This document shows positions 1-8,451 of a DNA stretch of 64,000 bases, piece after piece; the first letter of the stretch is position 1; each line of letters starts with the position of its first letter. The notes beneath the pieces were generated by a model, which made no database searches, had not been told where the DNA came from, and saw nothing but the letters and a program-made list of their open reading frames with translations. A program made the translations under genes and the position numbers. Source of the DNA: a virus; the IMG/VR virus record IMGVR_UViG_3300022891_000002, positions 32,001-96,000 of that record. One strand, written 5' to 3'.

Positions 1-123
1 TTCAAATACTACATCAAAGATTTTACTGGTGAGTACCTTAGATAGTAGAGTATTACCTTCTTCTTTGATTCGGCTTTGAATGCGTTCAATCAATTCTTCT
101 TTCGTAACCTTTGGGATTTTCAT
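1..123 (-). CDS. HU/IHF-like DNA-binding protein, N-terminal part (runs off the window)
   Basis: Not in the ORF track. Minus strand from ATG at 123 reads MKIPKVTKEELIERIQSRIKEEGNTLLSKVLTSKIFDVVFE, matching the HU/IHF pattern TKxELI...LSK...FDxxFE. Confidence 0.6.
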   Translation of the reverse strand, partial: MKIPKVTKEELIERIQSRIKEEGNTLLSKVLTSKIFDVVFE

Positions 124-180
124 TCTTTGTTCTGTCAAGTAAATTCAATTATACTGACATTATAAGAACTAATATTATTT

Positions 181-3100
181 ATGGCAACTACCTTGATAAA
201 AAAAACTAATCCGAAGACGGGTCTACCGACTAATACTAAAACCTTTTCGTCTCTAAGTACAAAGTATGTAGAGGAATTTGTCAGTAGAGTAGAGAGTAAA
301 TTATATGACTTTAATAAAAGTTTCCTTACTCCTTATAAAAAGAAGTTAGATGAGTTAGATAGGTCAGTAATATCAGATATAGAAAAGAACTTATCTTCTC
401 CAGCTCTTTTAGTTAAAAATCAGTTAGATGAGTTATGGAACTATCATTGGATGATAGGTCAAAAAGATGTCTTAAGTCTCGAAGGTAAGAAAATAAGTAA
501 GGTAGCTAATTATTCTAGTGAGGTAGATAACTTAGTAACCTTTGCTACTCAAGATGATTTAGCTGTTAAAGGTCTTTGGGATGCAAAAGTAGAGAAGAGT
601 ATACTAAGAGACTATGATAGACGAGTAATAAGACTTCAAAGAGACTTAACTAAAGCTACTGATATTAGTGATAGAAGTAATATATCTAATGAGTTAAAAG
701 ACATTAGTAGAGAGTTAGATATATTTTTAGGTAAGGTACAGAACAGACAGTCTACGGCTACTAATAAACAATTTGCAACTATCGGTGTTAGAGTTCGTGA
801 CTTACAAGAGACAGTAAGAGTAATGGAACTAAAGCTATCTAATACGTCTACTAATGTAACTAACGATATTGACATACTTAACTCATCTCAATTTGGCACT
901 ATCTACCAAGATAAGAGAACTTTGTTATTAGGTCAGTCTTATTCAGGTGATTATAAGAAAGGTATTATCTCTAATATTAAGAAGTATTTTATAAGTAGTG
1001 AGGATACTAATAGGCTTAAGACTAGAGAACGTGACTTATTTACTCAACTAACTAGGAATACTATAAGTAATATAAGTAAAGAAGAATCTACTAGAGTTAA
1101 AACTTTAATTAGTAACAAAGATAGATTGTCTAATAAAGACAGGTCAGCAGCTCAAGCAGTAGATAACTTAGTTAAGTCTCTTAGTTACGGTAAAACTCTT
1201 AGTGATAAGAAGATATCTAACTTTATTAAAGGAGGTAATAACTTAGATAATTTAAGGTCAGTTACTCAAGGTACTATCTATGAAAATTCTACTAATCAGT
1301 TAATTAATGAACTAAGTAGTGGAGGTAAGAACGTCAAACCTATATTACAAGAGATAAAGAATAGAGAGAAATACCCGTTAGGAGATAATGTAGAGAGAGT
1401 TTATGATAGTAGGAGTGGTAGTTATAGAAGTATAGAAGATTTAGAAAGTTCTATTAGTAACATTTTTGGTATTCAGCGGATTAAACGCATTGCTGAAACA
1501 GAGATATCTCTTGCGTATAACTTAGGTAGATTAAAGAAATTAGAAGAGTTAGGTTATAAGAAGGTAAGAATAACTAATGAAGCTGAGAACAATAGTAATA
1601 GACAACAAGCTCTTAATGTATATGGAAGTTTAGCTAAAGCATATAGGTCAGACACTAATGAACGTTACTTACCTATGTTATGTACTCATTGTCTTAGTAG
1701 AAATAATCAAGTAATGGACATTAGCACTATTTATAGGAGCAAGGTAGATACTAAGTATGAAATAAATGGGAAGTATTCTGCTTTACCTCCTTTCCATGTA
1801 TCTTGCTGGTGTTATTTTGTTGGAGTTGAAGAGAGTAAGAGAGATAAAGAAGGAAGTTTAGTAAGTGAACTAGCCGAAACAATTAAGAACTCAGTAGTAG
1901 CAAATAGTTTAAGTGGGGAGACTACTACATCTAACGCTTTCTACAATGACCCTTTTATAAAGAAATTAGTAATTGCAGGAGTAGGACTACTTGGTGTAGG
2001 AGCAGCTTACTATGCTTACACAAAACTGGCAAGAAATAGAGTTCAAATACCTCTTAATTTAAGACCTAAGAAGAGTAGTGTTAGTAATGTAACTGAGGAA
2101 ACTCAAGAAGCTTTACTTAAGAACTTTGTAAATAACTTAGACAATACAGCAATGGTAGAAGTAGCAGAAGTCGCAGGTAAGTTACCTAAAGCATTCAGGA
2201 TACTTAGTAGTGCAGATGATTTAGCAGGAGCAGTAGATAACCAACTATCTCAGGAAGTTTACACACTATCTAATTCTACTCAAGCTACTCTTAATGAACT
2301 AATTGCAGATAACCCGGAGTATTTAAGTGTATTAGACTCTTTACTATCTTCTAAGAAATCTTATGAGTCTATAAGAGATAGAATTCTACAAAATAAACTA
2401 AAAGGTCAAGATTTAGATGAAGTGTACCAGACCTACTTAAATAGTAAACAAGAATATGAAGCTCAGTTAAGTAGATATTTACAAGCAACTAAAGATAAAA
2501 AATCTAACCTTATTGATTTAAGTTCAAATCTTAATGTAAGTGCAAGAGAAGTATTACTAGATAATAGAAGTAACTTACCTGAAGGAGCTAGTTTACAAAG
2601 TGCATTAGAGAATCTTAAGAGTAGGAAGTTAATAGATAGCAGTAATAAACAACTAAGAAGTATTGAAAAGAACCTCAACAAAGAGATAAGTAACATTAGT
2701 GACTTACAATCTAGAGAAAGTAGGTTAGTAGATACAAGGTTAGGAGGTAGAGATAGTAGAGCAAGAGCTGAACAACTAAGAAGTATTAAACCTAAGGTAC
2801 CTTCTACTAATACTAAGAATTTAGATGCAGTAGTTAGTAACGTTAATAGAATCAAACGAGACTTAAATGATAATCGTCTCAATATGGAAACTATTAGAAG
2901 TATTAGTAAGAAACGTTTAGATAGTTCTAGTGTTGCGGATAGAGCTTTACTAATAGATACTCAAAGACAGTATTACAGACAGATATTAACTGAGAAAGGA
3001 AGAGTAGTCAGTCAACTAAAGAGCATGAGTAACGTAGAAAGTCTTGAGAATTTTAGTAAGCTATATAGGTCAGAGATAAGTAATAAAGCTAAGACAGGTT

Positions 3101-3378
3101 ATCCATACAGTAGTGGGTTGTGGAAAGAAGCTGACATTAGTAAGTTAGACGAGACTTATAAAGAAGTGAGTAATGTACTTACTATCAAGAAGTCTTATGA
3201 GTCATATCTATCAGAATTAGACGATATGTTAGAGAAAATGAACAATTTTGAATCTGTAATTAGTTCAAATATTCAGTTTTCAAGTACAGGAAGTAGTGAT
3301 GAAACAAATAGAATAAACTTAAGAATAGAAAGATTACGCAAAATTCCCAGAATTGGATGTTTGAAACTATATGAGTGA
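181..3378 (+). CDS. Head morphogenesis protein (Mu gpF / SPP1 gp7-like) with TM segment and long coiled-coil C-terminal extension
   Basis: RIKRIAETEISLAYNLGRL, CTHC and LPPFHVSCWC match the MuF signature (R..IA.TE...AYN, CxxC, PPxHxxCxC). Hydrophobic LVIAGVGLLGVGAAYYAY follows. Confidence 0.75.
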   Translation: MATTLIKKTNPKTGLPTNTKTFSSLSTKYVEEFVSRVESKLYDFNKSFLTPYKKKLDELDRSVISDIEKNLSSPALLVKNQLDELWNYHWMIGQKDVLSLEGKKISKVANYSSEVDNLVTFATQDDLAVKGLWDAKVEKSILRDYDRRVIRLQRDLTKATDISDRSNISNELKDISRELDIFLGKVQNRQSTATNKQFATIGVRVRDLQETVRVMELKLSNTSTNVTNDIDILNSSQFGTIYQDKRTLLLGQSYSGDYKKGIISNIKKYFISSEDTNRLKTRERDLFTQLTRNTISNISKEESTRVKTLISNKDRLSNKDRSAAQAVDNLVKSLSYGKTLSDKKISNFIKGGNNLDNLRSVTQGTIYENSTNQLINELSSGGKNVKPILQEIKNREKYPLGDNVERVYDSRSGSYRSIEDLESSISNIFGIQRIKRIAETEISLAYNLGRLKKLEELGYKKVRITNEAENNSNRQQALNVYGSLAKAYRSDTNERYLPMLCTHCLSRNNQVMDISTIYRSKVDTKYEINGKYSALPPFHVSCWCYFVGVEESKRDKEGSLVSELAETIKNSVVANSLSGETTTSNAFYNDPFIKKLVIAGVGLLGVGAAYYAYTKLARNRVQIPLNLRPKKSSVSNVTEETQEALLKNFVNNLDNTAMVEVAEVAGKLPKAFRILSSADDLAGAVDNQLSQEVYTLSNSTQATLNELIADNPEYLSVLDSLLSSKKSYESIRDRILQNKLKGQDLDEVYQTYLNSKQEYEAQLSRYLQATKDKKSNLIDLSSNLNVSAREVLLDNRSNLPEGASLQSALENLKSRKLIDSSNKQLRSIEKNLNKEISNISDLQSRESRLVDTRLGGRDSRARAEQLRSIKPKVPSTNTKNLDAVVSNVNRIKRDLNDNRLNMETIRSISKKRLDSSSVADRALLIDTQRQYYRQILTEKGRVVSQLKSMSNVESLENFSKLYRSEISNKAKTGYPYSSGLWKEADISKLDETYKEVSNVLTIKKSYESYLSELDDMLEKMNNFESVISSNIQFSSTGSSDETNRINLRIERLRKIPRIGCLKLYE

Positions 3379-4516
3379 GATATATCTAACTAAAAGTAAA
3401 CTAGGTTCTATTACTTTTGCTAGTGAGATTAGTCCTAGAAAGATAAAGAAGAATATTAATGTCAAAGGATTTTTTAGGAAAGGTAGATTTGTTAGAGCCT
3501 TTAATAGAGAGCAAGATGTAAGAGAGAAAGTAGTTAAGGTTGCTGTTGTTAGTTTAGCTGTATTGGGAACTGCTTTAGGTGTTGGAGTGGCAAGTGCAGC
3601 TTTAACTAAAGTTCGATATAACAGAAATCTAGTTAACTTTGGTAAGAATATTGCTAAAGGTGGAATTGGTATTGAAGATATGAAAATTCCTTCAGGTGTT
3701 AAAAAAGTCCAAATTCCTAAACCTATTACTGACCCAAATAAAAAATCTATGACATTCTTTGTTGGGGGGATGAGTAAGTTTGAAGATGCCGAAGGAGATA
3801 AGTTTATGAAGTTGGTACGGTCTGCTTACGCTAAACAAGGTAGACCGATAGATAAGACTAATGAACTAATTCCTCTTTTTCACCAACATCAAGTAAAAAG
3901 AGATACTAAGTTTGGAATAGCTCAAGAAATAGCTGATGTATTTGAGAAAGCCACCGTAAAAGGATATAACAAAGACTCGGTTATTATGGCCAATGAGATT
4001 TATAAATGGCACAAGTTAAACCCAACTAAACCTATTAATATTGTTACGGCTAGTGCTGGAGGTTTTCAAGGTAGAGATATTCCACATATATTAGAAGCTG
4101 CGGGAGTAGATACAAAGAAATTAATGAAAGTGTTTTCTACTGCGAGTCCTGATTATGGATTAGTAGATGAAGTAGTACCTACATTAAAAGTTATGCACAA
4201 TGATGATTTATACTCTAAAACTATTCCGGGTATAAAAGACGGATTGCGACTGCCTTCTTTACATAGAGGAACTAGGTTTGTAGGTAAAGGGAACACTCCT
4301 GAATATAAAGATATGGTAGCTAGAAAGTGGATGTATGATGACGGAAACCAAGTAGTTAAAGAAAACGGAACTTTTGTAGCTGGTAAAAGATATAACTCTC
4401 CTTCTGATAAACAGATGCCTTTAATAGTTCACTTTGCTCCTGCCTATTTTAACGGAGAAACTAAGACATCTAAGAAAACTTTGCAATACCTACACAACTT
4501 TATGTTTAAGGATTAG
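3371..4516 (+). CDS. Putative virion-associated protein: basic hairpin, TM helix and alpha/beta-hydrolase-like domain
   Basis: Contains ITF|ASE, VKGFFRKGRFVRAFNR, a TM segment VAVVSLAVLGTALGVGVASAAL, a nucleophile-elbow-like INIVTASAGG and a late His (LIVHF). Confidence 0.45.
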   Translation: MSEIYLTKSKLGSITFASEISPRKIKKNINVKGFFRKGRFVRAFNREQDVREKVVKVAVVSLAVLGTALGVGVASAALTKVRYNRNLVNFGKNIAKGGIGIEDMKIPSGVKKVQIPKPITDPNKKSMTFFVGGMSKFEDAEGDKFMKLVRSAYAKQGRPIDKTNELIPLFHQHQVKRDTKFGIAQEIADVFEKATVKGYNKDSVIMANEIYKWHKLNPTKPINIVTASAGGFQGRDIPHILEAAGVDTKKLMKVFSTASPDYGLVDEVVPTLKVMHNDDLYSKTIPGIKDGLRLPSLHRGTRFVGKGNTPEYKDMVARKWMYDDGNQVVKENGTFVAGKRYNSPSDKQMPLIVHFAPAYFNGETKTSKKTLQYLHNFMFKD

Positions 4517-4747
4517 TAGAGTAACTAAGTGAGTTTTAAGAGACAAAGAATATAGGTAAATAGATAGTTCAATTGTTTCTACTATTTGCAAGTATTGATT
4601 TATAGTTATATCTATTTTTCCATTCTCAATTTTACTCATCTCTGCTTGAGAGTAAGAGAGTATTTTACCTAACTCTATTTGACTTATCTTCCTACTTTCA
4701 CGATATTCTCTTAGCTGTTTACCAAATTCAATATTAGCTGGATACAT
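4490..4747 (-). CDS. XRE-family helix-turn-helix regulator
   Basis: FGKQLREYRESRKISQIELGKILSYSQAEMSKIENGK is a typical HTH_3 pattern. Confidence 0.85.
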   Translation of the reverse strand: MYPANIEFGKQLREYRESRKISQIELGKILSYSQAEMSKIENGKIDITINQYLQIVETIELSIYLYSLSLKTHLVTLLILKHKVV

Positions 4748-4839
4748 TATTCACCGAAAGAATTACTATTAATAACGAAAATAGTAACATACAATAAGTG
4801 ATATAACAAAAATATATTAATAAGCTAGAGAGGCGATTA

Positions 4840-5064
4840 ATGGCAGGTAAAAGATTAGTTCAAGCAGCAAAAATGGCGGGTACTGGAGCAGGAACGGGTT
4901 GGGCTGCTGGCTATGCTTTAGGTGGAAATAACGATAAAGTTCCAATGGTAGTTAAAGGTAAATTGAAGAAAGGAGGGAAAAAAGCTCCTACAATTCAAAG
5001 AAGTGCTGCTATCGGTGGTTTAGCTTTAGGTGCAGGGATAGGCCTACTTAAAAAGAAAAAGTAA
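4840..5064 (+). CDS. Small Gly/Lys-rich protein (paralogous family member)
   Basis: GxxxG runs (GTGAGTGWAAG, GGLALGAGIG), KKKK tail, and an RBS-like GAGAGG upstream. Confidence 0.7.
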   Translation: MAGKRLVQAAKMAGTGAGTGWAAGYALGGNNDKVPMVVKGKLKKGGKKAPTIQRSAAIGGLALGAGIGLLKKKK

Positions 5065-6272
5065 TGACGATAATTCATTTTAATACTGTTCCTAGCGCGT
5101 TAAAAGAAGTTGGTAATAGTGAAGACCCAAATGAAATAGTAAAAGAAGGTTTAATATTCTACTCTACTGAAGAGAACAATCCACATATAGATAGTAGAAA
5201 AAATAAACATAACTTTTCCCCTGATAAAATTAGACAGTTAGTAGAGAATACTAATAAACATTTCAATATCTCTGAGTGTGGAATTCCTGTATTAACAGAG
5301 CATAAAAAAGATGTTAATAATGTGGTAGGCTTCATAGAGTCTCCAATGGAAGCTAGAGTAATAGATGAAACTTATACGAAAGGAAATCCAAAACTCAAAC
5401 ATTTATTAGGAAGAGTTGGTGTATTCGTTAAAGATGTTATTATCAAAACTCCAGAAATAGTTGATAAGATGAGAAGAGGTCTTGCTAAAACTGTTTCTGC
5501 GGGTATTGATTTAGATTCTTTTTCTATTAAAGAACTTTCACTTGTAGCTTTACCAGCAATACCAAACGCAACTCTTTTTAGTTATCATGCTAATAAAGAA
5601 GCTAAGAAACCAAACATGAAGAAAATTAAAAATAAGAATTTGTTAGTATCGAAAGGATATAGTAAAGAAAGTAATTATGCTTTATCTCTTGAAGAAGCTC
5701 TTAATACTTCACAAAGTATTGAAGAACAAAGAGAAGAAGCAATGAAGATATTTACTGCATTTCTGGAAGTAGTTGAAGATGCTAATGAGATTGACCCAGA
5801 GGAAATGGCTTCAATGGGGATACAAGACCCGTCTGAACTTATCCAAGGAGCAATTGAGGATTTATCGAATATGTTAGCTGAGATGTTTGTTTCTGTTCCT
5901 GAACCAGAGACTCAACAACCAGCTCCCGTAACTCCTCAAAGACCAGGAATGCCAGCTAAAACAGCTAGGTACTCTTTTTCTCCCGAGTTAATTAAGTTTG
6001 CAGCTAATCCTTACGCGAAGAGTGGTAGAATGGCTGCTACTGTTCAAAGTAAGATTAATGATATGGCTACTGGTAAAGGTGCTGCTGGAGTTTATAGCAA
6101 AATAGGTAAAGCAATCAAAACTGTTAAAGCTAATCCTCTTAAAACTGGAGCTGCTCTGTTAGTGGCGAACCAAGTAAGAAAAACAGGGATGAAAGCTTTG
6201 AGTAACCGTAAAAAGAAATCTCAAAGTTTAGAAGGTAAACTATCTCGTGCAATTAAAACATTTAAAAACTAA
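5064..6272 (+). CDS. Prohead maturation protease with C-terminal extensions
   Basis: VLTEH..VVGF (His), KTVSAGID (Ser) and KELSLVALPA match caudoviral prohead proteases. It lies upstream of the scaffold and capsid genes. Confidence 0.8.
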   Translation: MTIIHFNTVPSALKEVGNSEDPNEIVKEGLIFYSTEENNPHIDSRKNKHNFSPDKIRQLVENTNKHFNISECGIPVLTEHKKDVNNVVGFIESPMEARVIDETYTKGNPKLKHLLGRVGVFVKDVIIKTPEIVDKMRRGLAKTVSAGIDLDSFSIKELSLVALPAIPNATLFSYHANKEAKKPNMKKIKNKNLLVSKGYSKESNYALSLEEALNTSQSIEEQREEAMKIFTAFLEVVEDANEIDPEEMASMGIQDPSELIQGAIEDLSNMLAEMFVSVPEPETQQPAPVTPQRPGMPAKTARYSFSPELIKFAANPYAKSGRMAATVQSKINDMATGKGAAGVYSKIGKAIKTVKANPLKTGAALLVANQVRKTGMKALSNRKKKSQSLEGKLSRAIKTFKN

Positions 6273-6276
6273 AACT

Positions 6277-6546
6277 ATGAAGAAATCAATCAACTTTTCT
6301 ATTGCTCAAATGGCTTTAGATTCTGCTAAAAAAGGAGTCAAGAGAGCTAAACGTGTCGGCACAGTAATGGCTAAGAAAGGATTAAAGGCAATAGCTAAAA
6401 ATCCTGGTAAAGCGGGTCTTGCAATGGCTGGGTTGGCTACTGCTGGTGGTTTAGGAATGGCTGGGTTAAAAGCAATTGGTAATGCTCGTAAACCTAAAAG
6501 CTTGACTGACCGACTCAAAAATGCTTCTAAGAAGATGTTTAAATAA
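6277..6546 (+). CDS. Small basic Gly-rich protein, paralogue of the protease C-terminal tail
   Basis: Start moved to the ATG at 6277 (MKKSINF). KNPGKAGL and KSLTDRLKNASKKMFK resemble KANPLKTGAAL and QSLEGKLSRAIKTFKN at the end of the protease. Confidence 0.7.
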   Translation: MKKSINFSIAQMALDSAKKGVKRAKRVGTVMAKKGLKAIAKNPGKAGLAMAGLATAGGLGMAGLKAIGNARKPKSLTDRLKNASKKMFK

Positions 6547-6551
6547 CCAAT

Positions 6552-7580
6552 ATGAGTAGAGAACAAAGGCAAGAAGTATATGAGTTATATGACCAAATTT
6601 TAGAGGGTCTGGAATCTAACTACTCTAGTGGCGAGTTGGATGAAGATGATTATACGCGACTTAAAATCAAATCTTTGGCTGACTTAGAAACATCTTTAAT
6701 TGACTTAACAGGATTAAAAGAAAGTAAAATTAGTAACAATGAATCAAATTACAGTATGAACTACGCAAATTTCAATATGGCAGGTTATTTTGTTCCCGCT
6801 CTTGTAGAGTGTATTGAGCAAGATTATGATACTTTAGAAGATGGTTTAGCAGATATTCTCGAACAGACTGAGCTAACCGAACAGCAACTAAATAAAGTTC
6901 TAAGTGGTAAGTTGTTTCCACGTCCTGAGATGGTAGATATTCTCAATGAAATGTTTACTGCAACTTCTACTAACGACGAAAACGCTCTTTTGTTACAAGC
7001 TTACGCAGCAGTAGATAGAGGTGACTTGGAAGAGTCAGTGTTGCTTGAAGTAATGGGTGAAACTGAGGAAGATGACGACTTGGAAGACGAAGATGAGGAT
7101 GAAGAAGATAGCGAAGAAATAGAAGAAGATGAGGAAACTGACGAACCTCAAGAAGATGCTAAATATTCCTACATCAATGATGAAGTAGAATCTTTAAAAT
7201 CTAAAATTGCTAACTTTGAATTTAACTCTCAACTGCAAGAACGTGTATCTGAAGTAGCTACTTATGCTCAACGAGGTCTTCAAGAACATTGGCTTACTAA
7301 GTTTAAGCGGGATTTATATTTAGGTTCTGTTACTAAGTTAGAAGATATGGTGGCAAGCTTCTCTCAAAATGCAGAAAGTAATGGAGTAGATTTAGAAACT
7401 CATCTTTATGCTATTGAATTTGCACTTCAAGCTGATGAAGAAGCTAATGACCCCTCTGTTGATTTTTCTCGTTATGTAGGGGAAAGTCTAACTCCTGCTA
7501 ATGAAGTAGATGATGAATTGCTAAAACTTAATGTAGCTAATATGAAAGAACGTTTAGCTGCTCGCAAGAATAACCGATAA
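6552..7580 (+). CDS. Putative capsid scaffolding protein
   Basis: Very acidic and helical with a D/E tract. Positioned between the protease and the decoration/MCP genes. Confidence 0.55.
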   Translation: MSREQRQEVYELYDQILEGLESNYSSGELDEDDYTRLKIKSLADLETSLIDLTGLKESKISNNESNYSMNYANFNMAGYFVPALVECIEQDYDTLEDGLADILEQTELTEQQLNKVLSGKLFPRPEMVDILNEMFTATSTNDENALLLQAYAAVDRGDLEESVLLEVMGETEEDDDLEDEDEDEEDSEEIEEDEETDEPQEDAKYSYINDEVESLKSKIANFEFNSQLQERVSEVATYAQRGLQEHWLTKFKRDLYLGSVTKLEDMVASFSQNAESNGVDLETHLYAIEFALQADEEANDPSVDFSRYVGESLTPANEVDDELLKLNVANMKERLAARKNNR

Positions 7581-7599
7581 TAAATATAGAGAATTAATT

Positions 7600-8433
7600 A
7601 TGTTTACAAGATTTGGTAAGGTTAATGCAGAGAAAGCTATTATTGCTTATCCTCGTGGTATCCGAACTCCTTTCCATGTATCCCTTTCCGGTAAATACAT
7701 TAGTAGAAATAAACAAGGTAAGAACGCTTTGCCTGAGGGAATGTTTGTTTCTAAAAAGAATGGAGAACACCGATTTCTTCCTCGTGCTAGAGTAACTGCT
7801 CCTACAAGTGGTAGCCGAATTAAAGTAGGTAATCCTTATTGCTTTGTACCTGGAGATGTGTTAGAGATTCTTAATCCTTCTGCGATGCTAACTGTATCGG
7901 GTGTTGGTGAAGCAGGAATAACTTTTAACAATCAAACGTTTAAATATGTTCCGGTTGGAGCAGCTAACGCAACAGAAGCAGCAGCTATCTTGGCAGCTCA
8001 CTTTAATAGAATTCCTAATCTGAGTAAGAATCTAGAGTTTATTGCTACAGGAGCTAATCTTTATGTCTATTCTCCTGCTGGTCGTCCTTTAGCTACTTTT
8101 ACTCCTTCTGGTACTTTAGGAACTACTGTTACTACTACCGCTGCTAATACGGTTCCTGTAGGTACTGTAAGCTCTATTGACCCCGTGACTGAAGAAATTA
8201 TCTTAGGAAGTGCGGTTGTTGGTACTTTACCAGTAGGTTCTTCTATTGGAGTTCCTCAAGATGAAGTTCTTGGTATCTTTCCTCACTCAATTGACTTTAC
8301 AGAAGGTGGAGTTACTGGTCGTGCATTAGGAGTTGTACATAAAGCTTATATCTACAAGCTGCATTTACCGTACTACGATAATTCTCTAGTATATGAATGT
8401 CCTGATTTAGAAGCACGAGAAGTTTGGTCTTAA
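7600..8433 (+). CDS. Putative head decoration / minor capsid protein
   Basis: Directly upstream of a gpE-type MCP, with beta-rich, G/T/V-rich composition. Confidence 0.55.
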   Translation: MFTRFGKVNAEKAIIAYPRGIRTPFHVSLSGKYISRNKQGKNALPEGMFVSKKNGEHRFLPRARVTAPTSGSRIKVGNPYCFVPGDVLEILNPSAMLTVSGVGEAGITFNNQTFKYVPVGAANATEAAAILAAHFNRIPNLSKNLEFIATGANLYVYSPAGRPLATFTPSGTLGTTVTTTAANTVPVGTVSSIDPVTEEIILGSAVVGTLPVGSSIGVPQDEVLGIFPHSIDFTEGGVTGRALGVVHKAYIYKLHLPYYDNSLVYECPDLEAREVWS

Positions 8434-8451
8434 TTATAAATAAATAAAAAT

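Noticed and set aside
636-2882. Minus-strand ORFs 636..875 and 2463..2882
   Set aside because: Antisense shadows of the MuF gene, with Leu/Ser-rich composition and no motifs.
7060-7160. GAA/GAT-rich low-complexity tract
   Set aside because: It encodes the acidic linker of the scaffold and is not an independent repeat element.
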